Assembly: GCA_001179505.1 (NCBI GenBank)
Contig: CDMY01000153.1
Span: 117,393-181,392, forward strand
Direction: 5' to 3'
Origin: Vitrella brassicaformis CCMP3155
Taxonomy: Eukaryota; Protista; Chromerida
Length of the DNA stretch: 64,000 bases
Notes under the pieces: generated by a model
Database searches by the model: none
Told to the model about the DNA's origin: nothing
Seen by the model: the letters and a program-made list of their open reading frames with translations, nothing else
Shown: positions 50,718 to 63,556 of the stretch, piece by piece
Layout of the letters: every line of letters starts with the position of its first letter
Position numbering within the stretch: position 1 is the stretch's first letter
Program-made: the position numbers and the translations under genes

Positions 50718-52942
50718 CACGGGCACACACATGTACATGTCTCCTCATACTCTTCCCCTCGTGTGTCCGCTCACAGTAATTATTGACGCCGCAAATGAGA
50801 TTATCACAGCACTCGCTATCGTACACGCACATAGGTGGCCTGTTGTCGGCGCGCAGATCCGCAGTGCCGGGGGAATGCAAACACTTGCCGCCTGAGAAAT
50901 ACATACAACGACACCCACCGCCCTCTGGAGGAGACCGCTTTGTGGCTGCCCTTCTCACATTTTCTGTTGTATCTGCAGATGTCGCTTCCGCAGCAGTCGG
51001 AGTTGTGTGAGCAGTGCAGACTGTGCGCCTTTGTCTCAGCAGGAATGCAGCCTGCATGAAAGACAACGAAAGACAACCACCATACCCTCCTTGAGCTGGT
51101 TGTTTGAGGCAGGTCTCCCCCCGTCCCTCTCCTCTCCTTCTCTTACATGCTTTGGCTTTCTTGTGGATGGCATTAGGACGCTCCCCGCTGTCCCAGGATG
51201 GGAACGCAAATTCGTCGGGGCTGAGGCCGAGCGAGTTCGATGGCTGGCACACGACAAGCTGATATATGTTGAATTCGGTCAGGTCACAAACCAGGCCTGT
51301 ATCCCTCTCTGCGCAGTCGTCTGGGGAGCCGCATGTCACCCCTATTTTCCCGTGGCCATCCCGGGCTGCACGAGTGCAACAAGAGTGCCCATGGCATGTC
51401 TCTTCTCTCTACGTGCTGTGAATGCTTGATCCCCACCCACCTGTTCCCCACCTGTGCAGGTGCTCCACTCCGGTACCGCAGCCTTCGTTAGTGGGTTCTC
51501 CCGATACAGATCAAACAGCACATGATTCTTGTCCAATGGCTGCCTAGCAAACGGCCAGTCCCCCCCGTCGCCTTCAGGGCAGTCACACACCGGCTTCTCA
51601 TCCATGCCTTTCGACCTACACCCGAGCCCCGGCATGTGGCTGGCGTCCAAGTCGAGAGCCGTCCTGGCGCCCAATCCACAGGGCTTGTTGGAGCAGAGGT
51701 TGGGCTCACGGAAGGCGAAATGGCCCGTGGACGTCACGTGAACCTCAACGGCTTCCTTGGCGGCCTCGTCCTTCGACTCGCCCGCACCCTCCTTGGCCTC
51801 TGTGGCATCCTTGGCACCCACGGCGGTTTCCTGCGAGCCCAGGTGCTCCAGAGGCTTTGCGGCCTTTTCCAGCTCGTTGGCTGCCATCGACTCGCCCGCA
51901 CCCTCCTTGGCCTCTGTGGCATCCTTGGCACCCACGGCGTTGTCCTGCGAGCCCAGGTGCTCCAGAGGCTTTGCGGCCTTTGCCAGCTCGTTGGCTGCCA
52001 CGGGGGCTGAGGCGGGTGACGTAGCACTGAGAATTCGTGTTGCATTCGTGTGTTTGGCCGATGCTAGTCTTTGCACAAGTGCTGGCGTTGCATGTGATGG
52101 CTTGGGAGGTGGAAAGATGCGACCAAATGTAGTGTTGAACTGAGGAGAAGCCACATGTCGGCCAAATCTCAGGCTGAAAGCTGGAAACACGGGCGCTCCA
52201 ATCCGTGGCGACTCGGTGGGCTTTGACGCCTCTTGTCGCGGCGTCAGTGCCGGAAACTGACACAGACACACAAGAGACACAGCCTGGTCTGTGCAAGTCT
52301 GGCATGTATCTTTTCTTCCGCTACTTGTTTGCCGAAGACCGCAGGTTTCCCGTCGAAGGCTGGCAGTGATGGTAGGTGGATAGTGGTCCCGTTGAAAAAG
52401 CTGCCGGGCGCTCCGCGCATGACGGCAGCGCGTGCAAAAGGTACTTCCCGTGCCTCCATCCCACCAAACGCACGAGTTGAGGTGGCGGCCATCCTGAGAG
52501 ACATCGTCGGAGCCGCCTTCATGTTAGCCTGGCTCAGCGGACTGTCCGACAGATCCCCAGTTTCAGCTGCCTCGACAAATCTCCAAGCGGCGGGGTACTC
52601 CAACTCTTCGTCCTCCTCTGCATCTGCCTCGGAAAGCTGCGTGCGATAGACAGGGTCCGCCCTGGGCCCAGCTCGCTGTGTTGTGCTGTTGAAAATGAGA
52701 GCCAACGGACGTAGGACACCTGACGAACCATGACCCACTCGAGCAGTCCTGCAGAAAGGGTCGACGGAAGACGGCTGTGACACATGGATCGTCTGTTGCA
52801 GCATGGTCACGACCTCACCTGTTGTTGACCCTTCTCCGCAAGGCCGGCCTTCTTTCGTCGGTGAGAGGATGCAGATGAATCCATCCGGTGATTCTACGGG
52901 TTGACAATCCGATGGGGAGGCTTTGTAGGATGACCCACACAC
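50641..52942 (-). CDS. Cys-rich, probably extracellular protein (EGF-like + two knottin-like modules + Ala/Glu repeat)
   Basis: CSTELSVC...DCQP...FIC...PCG; EGF-like LCSNKPC...GCRSK...PVCDCPEG; CSHNSDCCGSDIC...KC and CVYDSECCDNLIC...YC. The 5' exon (~53030-53200), one junction and the 3' end are unresolved. Confidence 0.55.
51775..52000 (-). repeat. Coding tandem duplication, 2 x 114 bp (38 aa)
   Basis: Units start at 51775 and 51889 (gactcgcccgcaccctccttggcctctgtggcatcc...). They encode AANELAKAAKPLEHLGSQDNAVGAKDATEAKEGAGES and AANELEKAAKPLEHLGSQETAVGAKDATEAKEGAGES. Confidence 0.95.
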
Positions 52943-53374
52943 AGAGAGTTCTGTGGAGCATCGAAACTGGGGGAGTGGGGGCTCGTGGGGGCTCGAGACA
53001 CAGTCTCCGCTTCTGTTCCCTTGCTTGCCAACTTACGTGCCAACAATGGGCTGCAGAGCCTCCAGCATCACGGCAGAAGATGATCAGCGTCGCGTGCACG
53101 ACCACTTCGCTGCAATATGCGACGTTTGTAATGCTCAGTACACTCAGTCTGCGGTTTTACCATCACAGCCCGCAGTCACCGACCGAGAGATCTGGGGGGG
53201 CCCCACGAGGGCGTCGAAGCATGGCGTCGATACCTGACGAGCTGACGAGCGAGGAGACGGCTTCAAGCATCAGTTACTTATCAACACAGCCAGTCAGACA
53301 GGCAGACGATGCACGCCATGCACACCTCTCGCCCGCGCAGGCCAGCCAGCCAGCCAGCCAGTCAGTCAGTCAAG

Positions 53375-55607
53375 TCAGTCGAAGTCTTCGGGCCCTTCGT
53401 AGTTGTAGGGTACCCTCTCCTTCTTGGCCGCACGCTTCATCTGCTTGTACCTAGAACACGCCGCCAGCCACACGCACACCATAGATACAGACATGCACCA
53501 AAGAGTGTCCGTGTAAACTGCATGCCATGCGTGTGGGTGGGGTCGTTCGTGTGCCCGTCCCCCCGTCCCGCTGCATACACACAAACTTACTTGTTGTTAT
53601 TGAGCCTGGCTTCCCTCTCTTCCTCCTCTCGCTCAGCAGTGTACTCGCCGGCCTTCTCTTTCACCCACAACTGATATGTCGATGAGGGACACACACACAC
53701 ACACACACACACGTCCCTTGCGGGTGTCCTGTCTGTGGCTGGGCTGCCTGTACGTCTGTCTGTCTACCTGTCTGTCGAAGGCCATGGTCCGGAACCCCTC
53801 GTCCTGAAAGCGAGCCGAATCGACACACATACAGCGAAAGGTAGGTTATCCGGGTGAGTGTCTGTCTGTCTGTGTACGATTAATACATTACTTCAAGGGT
53901 TTCCTGTGTGATGTCCTTCACGTTTTTGCATATGAGGTATTCCTTCTCGCGGTCCCCATACTCCTCGTGCATCAGAGTGAACATGACAAACCACCTGCAC
54001 ATTCATGGCGCATCGCAATTAATGGTTGATAACGAACACACACGCTCACACACACACACACACAGTTTCCTCCCCTCCCTCTGTGTGTGTTCGTCGGTCG
54101 TGGCCTGCCCGCCTGCCTGCCTGGTTGCCTGTTGGCTGACCTGACCTTAGTTGGAATGACACAGAGTGTACGAGTGCGATGGGCCAGGTGCACAAGACGC
54201 GGTAGAGAATCAGGCTCTTGTATGAGAAGCCCCGCAGCTGCGGGCAGGCCCCCTTGACTTCCTCCGACTCCAGCAGCTCCATCACGATCTTGGTCCTAAG
54301 CTTCTGCAAGGAAGGAAGGAAACCAACGCACACCAGGGAGGGCGGGAGGGAGATGCAGCCCGTGTGTGCGTGTGTGTTAGTCAGTCCCTCACTCACCGCT
54401 TTGTCCTCTTTCTTGACTTTCTTCTTCTCGCAGCGGCTGTTGAACTCCTCGGCCACCCTGTTCTTGAACTGCTGGGTGCGACTCACGCGCCTGAAGGAAG
54501 GAAGCAAAGCAAAGCAAAGCAAGCAAGGAAGGAAGCCAGGAAGGAGAATATGCATGCGACGAACAGCGCACCAATGCCCATGTGTGTGGTTTGTCACGGG
54601 ACTGCTCACCTTCTGTACCTTTCAATCCTTGTCTTCGCTTCCTGCACGCACCCAATAGCGAGGAAGAAACCCGGATTGAACACAGTGAGACTGTCTGCCC
54701 CATCCATCCATCCACGAGTAGCTGACCACCCATATGCAGAGGTCAATCAGGAGGATAATGACGGGCGGGATCCACAGAGGGTTGACCTTCCGCATCACGG
54801 GGGCGTAGCCGACCACAGCCGCGTAGTACGAGTCGGGGTTGTCCAGGAAATAGTCGTACGCCTGCCGCCTCCCCTCATTCGACAGCACTGCGTAAGCCTG
54901 ACAGACAGACAGACAGACAAACCGACGCACACACGGACAGACACACAGACACCCACACGCAGGCAGACATATAGGCCCGTTCTGCTTGGCTGCGTATCGT
55001 GTGCCCTTGGTTAGGCGCGAGGCGAGTCAGTGAGCGATTGAGTGAAATAGCGAGTGTGTGAGTGAGTGATGCACCGACATACATACATTGGCGATTTCTT
55101 TGAATTTGGCAGCGGCCTTGACCTGACTCTTGGCGTCTGGGGCCTTGTCGGGGTGATGCTTCAGCGACAGGCGGCGGTAGGTCTTCTTGATCGTCTGCGC
55201 ATCCGCATCGCGAGTCACCCCTGTCAGATACACACATGCAGTGCACACGACAGACAGACACACAGCCAGCCCACCGTGACCAACCCGTTTGTATACATCT
55301 GACTGAGCTCTTGCTTATTTGCATTCGTGTGCGTGCGGACCGAGTATCTCGTAGCAGCGCCCCTCCGGCCCCCTCTCCCTCCCTGAACACACACACACAC
55401 CGACAGACACATGTCACACATACGGACGGAACGAACACAACCAGAGATGCATGGCAGATCTGCAGTGCTTGCTTCTTGTGGGTGTGCCTGCTTGCTTGTC
55501 TGTCTGTCTTAATTACCACAGTAGAGGCTCTCTGCCACACTCACAGCGTCTGCGGCACGAAAGAGCACCAAAACAGCCAACGCCAAGAGGCCAAACAAAA
55601 GCATCAT
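53375..55607 (-). CDS. DNAJC25: DnaJ/Hsp40 membrane co-chaperone, DNAJC25-like
   Basis: Signal [26 protein letters not shown]|...CYEIL|GV, J-domain [16 protein letters not shown]...FKEIAN|AYAVLS...[11 protein letters not shown] segment, and C-terminus ...[10 protein letters not shown]|YKQMKR...FD*. Confidence 0.82.
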
Positions 55608-55840
55608 CTTCGCAATCAAAGAAGCCTTCAGTCACATCCATCCGGGGTGTTATCGAGCCATCACTAAACACCCCGGATCGCCTCCGAGCTCGCAGCAGAA
55701 ACGAACGGGACAAAGAGAAGCATCGAGGGATCTGGCGACGCCAGGCTGCCTATTTGTCAAGACTTGATTGCTGTCTGGTCTTTCTCGGGCGCCCGGGCCA
55801 TCAGCAGCATTTCCGGTGTGCGGGCGACGTCGCTGCGGCG
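55608..55840. promoter_or_regulatory. Putative bidirectional promoter, DNAJC25 / Sec14
   Basis: 233 bp, SSR-free, between divergent starts. Confidence 0.45.
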
Positions 55841-57540
55841 ATGCAGGTGTACGGCGAGGCCACAGCGCACAGCCTGGTCATGATGAATGGCCACGTGCCC
55901 AAATCGCAGCCTGCCCTGCCCTCAGCCGTCTGTCTGCCCCGCGAAGTGTCTGAGTACGTGCCGGCGGCGGGTGAGATAAAGCAGGGTTCAGGTCTGGAGG
56001 GGCTGCGGCACATATTCGGCGACCTGCCGCTTGACGACTTCGAAAAACAGGTGTGTTCGACAAACAAACGGTAGAAGACTTATGACCTGACCGCTGACCA
56101 CACCTGGTTTGTCTGTCTGTCTAACTCTCTGTGTGTCCGTGGGTGACTGTGTGCGTGTGTGTGTGTTCAGGTGGTTGAGGAGTTTCGCGAGTTCTTCAAC
56201 GAGTGGGAGGAGTGGGAGGGGGACGAGAGCCCCGCTGGCAAGGTCAGGCTGGAGGGCACCGTTTTCGATGACGACAACTTCCTCCTCAGATTCCTCCAGG
56301 GGTATGTGTGTATGTGTGTATGAGGGCATGTCCAGTCCACACCAGCACAACGCACACCATCGATAGAGTGTCTCTATGTGTGTGCGGCGTGTGCAGGAAT
56401 GGTTGGGACTTGTGCAAGACTGCTCGCGACGTGATGCACCATCTGGAGTGGCGCCGCACGGCCCTGCCCGTGCCGCTGTCCCACGTGCAGCACCTCATGG
56501 TCCGGCCGTCCGTCCGTCCGCCCAGAACACACACATATGTCAGTCAGGTCCAATCTGTGCTGCCTGCGCTGTCTTGTGTGGTCTGTCTGTCTGTCTGTGG
56601 ATCAGCACTCGGGCATCATATACCTTCACGGTCGCGACAGGTGTCGGCGGCCGATCATTGTCATCCGCGCCAAGCAGCTGGGGCAGGTCACGCAGGATGC
56701 CGCACTCAAACTCGCCTTCTACTGGCTCGGTAGGCACGCGCACACGCACAGAGGGAGGGAGGGACGGATTGACGGTGTGTGAGGTGTGTGTGTGTCAGAG
56801 TATGCCGTCCACAATCTGATGGTCAAGAACAGGGTGGAGCAGTGGAGGGTGATCATCGACCTGCATGAGGTGGGCTACACCGACTTGCCCGTGACGACAC
56901 TCAAGACGGTCGCATCCCACCTCCAGGTAAGTGATGCGCGTATGTGTGCACACACAGCACAGCACAGCAAGGAATGACAAGCAACGACCAACCGTCCCTC
57001 CCTCTGTGTTTTGATGTGTGTGTGTGGTTCGACAGCGTAACTACCGCCAGCGTCTATCGGGCATGTACATCATCTACACGCCGTGGGTCTTCTGGGGCAT
57101 CTGGCAAATGGTCTCTTACCTGCTACAGGTAAGCTAACACAACACAACCAACCAGTGGAGGGAGGGATGCAGGGAGGGAGGGAGGGATGGACCCATGGGC
57201 CAACGTCGTGGTGCATTCAATGCATGTGTGTGTGTGTGCAGGAGACGACCCGGCGGAAGATCAAGATCCTGGCCGAGAGTTTCGCAGATGAGCTGCTCAA
57301 GGACATCCACCCATGCCAACTCGAAGGTCAGTGAGTCCGTCCGCTACACCTACCTAACCTACCTAGCCTCACACACGTCAGTCAATCGTGACACAGATAG
57401 ATGCAATCCTGGCTTTCTGTCGTCCTGTGTGTCTCTCTTCTCTCATTATCCATCACTCATCAGAGCGGTACGGCGGTGTGTGTCCGAACATAGTCGACTA
57501 CGACAAGCCCATCCTGCCCCCACCACCATTCAGCCAATAG
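55841..57540 (+). CDS. Sec14/CRAL-TRIO lipid-transfer protein
   Basis: DDNFLLRFLQG|NGWD; IYLHGRDRCRRPIIVIR; WRVIIDLHEVG; LQ|RNYRQRLSGMYIIYTPWVFWGIWQMVSYLL|ETTRRKIKIL; IHPCQLE|ERYGG; TAG at 57538-57540. Confidence 0.92.
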
Positions 57541-57544
57541 GCAG

Positions 57545-60500
57545 GCAGTCACTGACACACAGTGGGTGGGAGTCGAGGGACGGGGTGGATGCGATCGATA
57601 CGGGGGCACTCACTGGCCGGCCGTGGATGGGGGGGATGGGTGGTATTTCTTGGTTCGTCTGTGTGGTTCCTCTCACACTGCAGGCAGCACTCAGTCCAGT
57701 CAGTGAGGCTTTTTCGTCGACCAACGAACGAACGGCGCTTTGCGAGAGCAGGCAGGCAGGAAGGTGTGCGTGTGGTGTGGTGTGTGCATTTGAGAGCAGT
57801 TTTGGCCCTCGTCTGTCTGTCCACCTGACTGGCTGACAGGCGTGGCGTGGGTGTGTGGAGGCCTGCAGACGGTATCCTATCCTATCCGGTGCAGTCAGTG
57901 AGTGTCGGCCGCATTTATGTGCTGTAGATTGATGAGATGGAAACCGCCGGTCGGTTGTATCCATGTGTGGGTGTATGTGTGGATGTGTGGATGTGATGTA
58001 GATTACTCCCTTCCTGCTCGTGTTTGTTGATGTGAATGCATTGATTGCATTTGGGAGTCGTAGGGGGTGGGTGGGGCTGGTGTGCGTCGATCGGATCGCT
58101 GCAGCTGCCAGGGACACACACACACACACACACACATTACATGCTCACATACACGCCTGCTGTCTGGCTGTCTGTCGGTCTGCCTGTCTGCTCGCTGCTG
58201 TCTGGATGAAAGGATGGCCATGCTCAATTAAAGCGGACAAGCGGACAAAAGGATGGCCGGTGGATGGATGGATGGATGGACACACGCATGTGGGTGTGGG
58301 TGAATTTTCTGTGTGACGTTGTGTGTGTGTCTTCATGGCTTCTGCTGAGACGGCCGTCACGTCCGACTGATATTCTGCAGATTGCAGCAATATGATATGA
58401 GTGGACGTGGACAATCTTCAGAGTATTAGTCTCCTCACCCGGGCCGATCTGGTCACAATGGTCGTGCCATGCATGCTGGCATGTTCCAGTTACTGTCCGC
58501 TCGAGAGACGCCGGGCCAAGAACACCTTTCCACCGTCGGTATGGCCGGGCCAGGGCCGCCAGCCCCTCACCCGCCGGGAAGGAGCCGTTTTGTCGCGGGA
58601 CACACAGCAGCTCCAGGACTTTTGTCCGTGCTGTTCAAGCGGCCAGGGGGGTAAGGTTTTCTGTATATGTGTGTGTCAGAGTGTCAGACTGTCAGAGGCT
58701 TCAGTACCATGGCAACTGTGGCCTTGGCTGCATCAGTGTGTCAGAAAACACCCGCTTTGAGTGAGTGATTGGGGAGTGGGGGGCAAGCAGGAGTCTGCCA
58801 CGCCACGACACGACACGACAGGCCACGCACCACACGACACCACACCACAGATGCACACAAGAGCCCCCTGACTGTCACACGGAGTTGCCTCATGTATGTA
58901 TCTGTGTGTGTGTGTGTGTGTGTGTACGACTAAGCTGCTCACATTCATCCATCCATCCACTCATCTATATAGGAGACCAAGGGGAGAAAGAGAGAGAAGA
59001 AAGAAAGCAACGGAAGAGCAAGGGCGGCCACCCACCCACCCACACGTGGGGGACTCGTGGGGGGGGAGGGAGAGACCGCTCTACGGGCTGGCTGAATGGC
59101 TGGGCTGAATGAATGGGTCGCTCGGATAAATCAATACTCGTGTGGCGTGTGTATAAACTCACCCGGCCACCAATCTCTCCAAACGGGCCGGCCGCACCGC
59201 GCCGCACCCATCCCGTCCTGTCCCATGTCAGCCAGGCACACTGCATACATTTCATTTCATGTGTGCACACGAAAGGCACGGCACGGCATGGCACGGAATA
59301 ATGCACCAACACGCTTCCTTTTGTCATGTCGCTGTGTCGAATTGTCTGTCACACGCATGCATGCATGCATGCGTATGCATGCGGGCGGGCATGATAGATA
59401 TGTTGTGTGCGTATGTGGCTCCCCAGATTGCTCGCGCGTGTCCCTCCCTGCTCTTCGCGGGGTCTTTCTTTCTGCGTGCCCATCCCTTCCCCTGCCCCAC
59501 AGCACCTCACTAGAGAAATGGACAGAGAAAGAAATAAAGAGACAGGCAGGGGTCTTGACGATAGACAGACATACAGACCCACTAGAGCCACGGGCGTGTA
59601 CATGTGTGTCTACATGTGTGTGTGTGTATACATATTGATTGCAGAAGGCGAGAAAGAGGGTGGGTGGGTCATGATCATGGTGCACTAGATAGATTGCTGA
59701 TCTGATGAATGATGCCTGGCTGTGTAGATGGATGGATGGATGGATGGCTGGACGGGTAAGTAAGAAGGGCGGTCCGGTCGGCCATGACCGCAGGCAGGTA
59801 AATGATGCGAAGGAAGGAAAGCCATCACAATGAATGCCGACGGCCACACAACATGCATGTATGTAACGTGGAATAGTTCGTGTCACCCCTCCCACCCCAC
59901 CCCACCCCCCGTCTCTCCTTTACTGCATGCACTACGCCCCGGACGCATACACAGACCAACCAAGAATTGAGCATTCCTCCCCACTCCCACCCTCCACCCA
60001 CATCCACACCCACACACCCACGACATATCGTCACACAGCACCCACCCCCTACCCTACCCCCCCACACAAACAAAAGTCAGTCAGCTGTCGATTGTCAGCA
60101 GTCAGGTATAGAGACAGACAGACAGACAGAAAGACAGACAGAGTATGTATTAGGGAGCATATAGTTGCTTACGTACGCACCGTATGCACCGTATATATGC
60201 ACTCTCTTCTCTGCTCGCGTGTGTGTGCTGTGCTCCCACACAAGCATTTAGTAGGGCAACACACACACAGACAGAAAGAGAGAGAGATTGACTGACCAAC
60301 ACACTCACACTCACTCACTCACTCCCACCACACCACACACCGCTAGTACGCCATCAAGACAGCAAGAAAACAAGACATCAATCAACACGTCTGTCATCAC
60401 ATAAATGCCATGGGAGGGAGGGAAGGAAGGAGGTACAAGCAAGTGTATTGCGGCACTCACTGACTGTGTTGCTGGTGGTGCATATATTGTGTTGGGTGGA

Positions 60501-60750
60501 GAGAGAGACACCCCACTGTGTCGACCGACTTGCCCGACCGAGCGGCCAGGCCCATAGACACACACGGACGGGTGGGCAAAGAAAAGCTCCGCAACCGCCC
60601 GCATTGTGCACGTCGGCCTTTCTGCCTGCCTGCCTGCCTGCCTGCCCGCCCGCCCCTTTATCTGTCCATCCCTGCCCTGCCCTGCCCTGCACAACCATGG
60701 TGCGTGCGGTGCGCTTGACCCCTCCAATAAGTCACATAGCATTGTAAGCA
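57545..60750. repeat. SSR-rich spacer between convergent Sec14 and PH-like genes
   Basis: (CA)n, (GT)n, (GGAT)n, (CCTG)n and (CAGA)n arrays. Confidence 0.75.
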
Positions 60751-60813
60751 TTGATTGCACCACCCCCCCCCACCCCAGATGGTTGGTTGGTCGGCTGGCC
60801 GCGAATTACACTA

Positions 60814-63556
60814 CTACGGAGAGACCTCGATGTTTCCCCGGTCCTCCTCGGCCCAGCCGCCCTGATCGTTGTCCTTGACAGGCGAGTCGGCGCACTGCGC
60901 CGCCGGCCGGGTCGACGGCGACCGGCCGCTCGACGACGCGGCCGATGGCGGTCTTGGGCTGAGTATGGCGGGCTTGGCGCGGGAGGATGGGGGAAATGAC
61001 ACGGGGGTGCCTTGCAGGGGCCGGGGGGAGAGGGCCACTGACTCGGGGAGGAACTGATGGCCAATCAGGAGACATCCGCAACCCGTGTTCAGTGCGAGCA
61101 GGTGCTGGTTGGCAATCAAGCTCTCCTCCTCTTGCTCTGATACTACTGATACTTGTCTGGTTTGGTTCTTTCTGTTTTCTCTGTTCCTCACTTGTTTCCG
61201 GCTCCCCAAGCCCACGCCGCCCCGCCTCTCGAGAGCGATGTCCAGATACGTGTCCACCGCACGCTCAGTCACCGGCGTCAAAGACGCCCTCTCGGCCGCA
61301 GCAGCAGCCGCTGCAGCCTCCCCATTGCTGCCACCATCGGCGACAGTAGAGGGGCTGAAGGCGCCCCCTCGCACCCCAATCATCAGGGGCGCCCTCCTGC
61401 TCGATCGTGAGCTGAAGCTGCCCTCGGTGACCGGTTGGTCGGTCGCCGACCCGTTGCAGTGCTGCGACCGGGATGAGCCTGAGTGAGGGGGGGACGACGG
61501 CGAACTCGCCGCTGAAGGGAGGGACGTGGTGGACGGCGGCGGCACCCCGACCGGCAGCGCCCCCTGCCCCACACCGACAGCGTGCCGCTTATTCCTGTCA
61601 TCCCCCGTGTCTTCGGATGCTGTGAGCGTGGAGAGGTCCTTGGCGGGGTCGGGAGGTCCTCCTCCACGGACGCTCTCGTCGCCACCGGGTGTCCAGGGGG
61701 TGCTGGCGCCGCTGTGGTCGCCCATTGGATTTGGCGGCCTGTCGCGCTGCTCGCCGCCCTGCGGCCGCATCTGTGGTGAGGAGGGGGACAGAGGGCCGCG
61801 AGATGGAGGCAGGTGGATGGGGGCGCCGGCCTGGAACGGACTCCACCGCCTGCAGACAGAAAGAATCAGCGGGCGTATGTGAGTGGATGTGAGTGGATGT
61901 GGTGTGTGATGGATATTCGTGGGTCAAAGTGTGTGTGGTGCATCAATCATACCGACCTTGGGAGGCGGGCGAGGAGTGGGTCGGCTGCGATGGGCGCTTC
62001 GAGACTCGCCTGGATCGAGTTGATGTGCTCCTTAATAGCTGAGCGTGACACACACACACACACACATGATTTGACTGACGTGTGTCACGGACCAGCCCTC
62101 AGCCCATTCTCCCTCCCAGCCGTCTGCACACACACACATACCGTATCTGAAGTGCTGCAGCTGCGTCGCGTCCGGCGGAGGCGCCTTGTTCTGCAACTTA
62201 ACCTGAAGGAGGGATGTATGTGTGTGGTGGACCACACACAGACACGGATGCCTCTTAGCTCTCATCCACCCACATTCACACCCACACCCACCCACACGCA
62301 TCCGTACCTTGACGTTGGATATGGCCCTGAGCCACAGCTTCCGCTCAGACATGGTGCGGGAGGAAAAATGCTGTGCCTCGATGCAGAAACAGCTGACCAA
62401 ACAAACAGGCGATCCACACAGACACATACAGGTGGTGTTGCGTTGCGGTGTTCCTTCCTCTCGTCTCTCTCCGTGTTACCCACCTGCAGTTGAGCCCCGG
62501 CATCTCGCAGGCCAGGGAGTTTTCGTTGAGACTCAGCTCGGCCAGCTGCACCTCACAGTACTCATTCTCGTACAACCTGATGGATGTGCAGCCAGTGGAT
62601 GGCCACACACACAGCACAGCACAGCACAGCCCGGCCGTTTTGGTCAGTCTTCTGTGAAAGACAGACACACAGGTATGTATGTTATGTAGCGTACCTGACG
62701 ACGGCGTGCGAGTCCTTGTGTGAGTGTAGTTCACAGTAAATGACCGACACGGTGTTGCGGCTGCCCACGGGGCCGGGCGTCTGGCAACTGACGCCGTCGT
62801 CACGCACTAGATAACCCGCCAGCAAACGAGTAGCTGACACAAACACAACACAACACGACAGATAGCAGGGTGGATGGATGGATGGATGGTCTCATTCATT
62901 TCGAGTGCAGTGCAGCTTAGCGTACTGGTTGAGGCCTTCTTTTCGATGGGCTCGCATCTGAGCCTGAACCTGGGGAAGAGGCTCTGGGTGATGGTGCGCA
63001 GCACGTGGCTGATGTGGGACACCCAGTCGTTGCGGCTGTCTTCGTCACCAGTAGCAAAATAGTAGTTCACCCCTTCACACACACACACACACACACACAA
63101 TAGACCGACACCGACAATCACAGAGAGTGTTCAGACGTCTGTCTGGGTGTGGACGGACCCACCGTGTGAGAAGAGGGATATTTTGAAGACCCTGAGTTGG
63201 CTGAGCAGCTGGTTGCCGCCGCTGGTGTTGGGGTCGGACACCTTGCAGTTGCGCACGACGCAAAAGGGCGAGAAGGCCACGTTGATCTCCCTCTCGCCGG
63301 ACACGAACCCGAAGCCGTTGATGAACAGGGCAAACTGCACCTGCTCCATGTGCTGCTCAGATGTGATATACCACAGCTGCCCCTCCTTGATCGGCACGCC
63401 ACGCAGGGGCTGGTCCAGCGCCGCCGAGAAGCAGAGGAAGTCGGGGGCGAGGTGCGGGCGGGACGCCCGGAGGGACTCCTCGACGTCTTGGTCATCGTCT
63501 TCATCTCCTGCGAACTCCAGGCCGACGCCTGGCCCGTAGGCTTGAATATTCTTCAT
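60814..63556 (-). CDS. Tandem PH-like domain protein with disordered C-terminus
   Basis: PIKEGQLWYI...FSPFCVVRNCK...VFKISLFSHG|VNYYFATGDEDSRNDWVSHISHVL (PH-type C-helix 1). Then RLLAGYLV...VIYCELH...RLYENEYC...LNC|SCFCIEAQHFSSRTMSERKLWLRAISNVK (C-helix 2). Junctions check in frame to the 60814 stop; 5' end uncertain. Confidence 0.72.

Noticed and set aside
51775-52000. CRISPR-like or transposon repeat
   Set aside because: Two adjacent in-frame 114-bp coding units without spacers or terminal inverted repeats.
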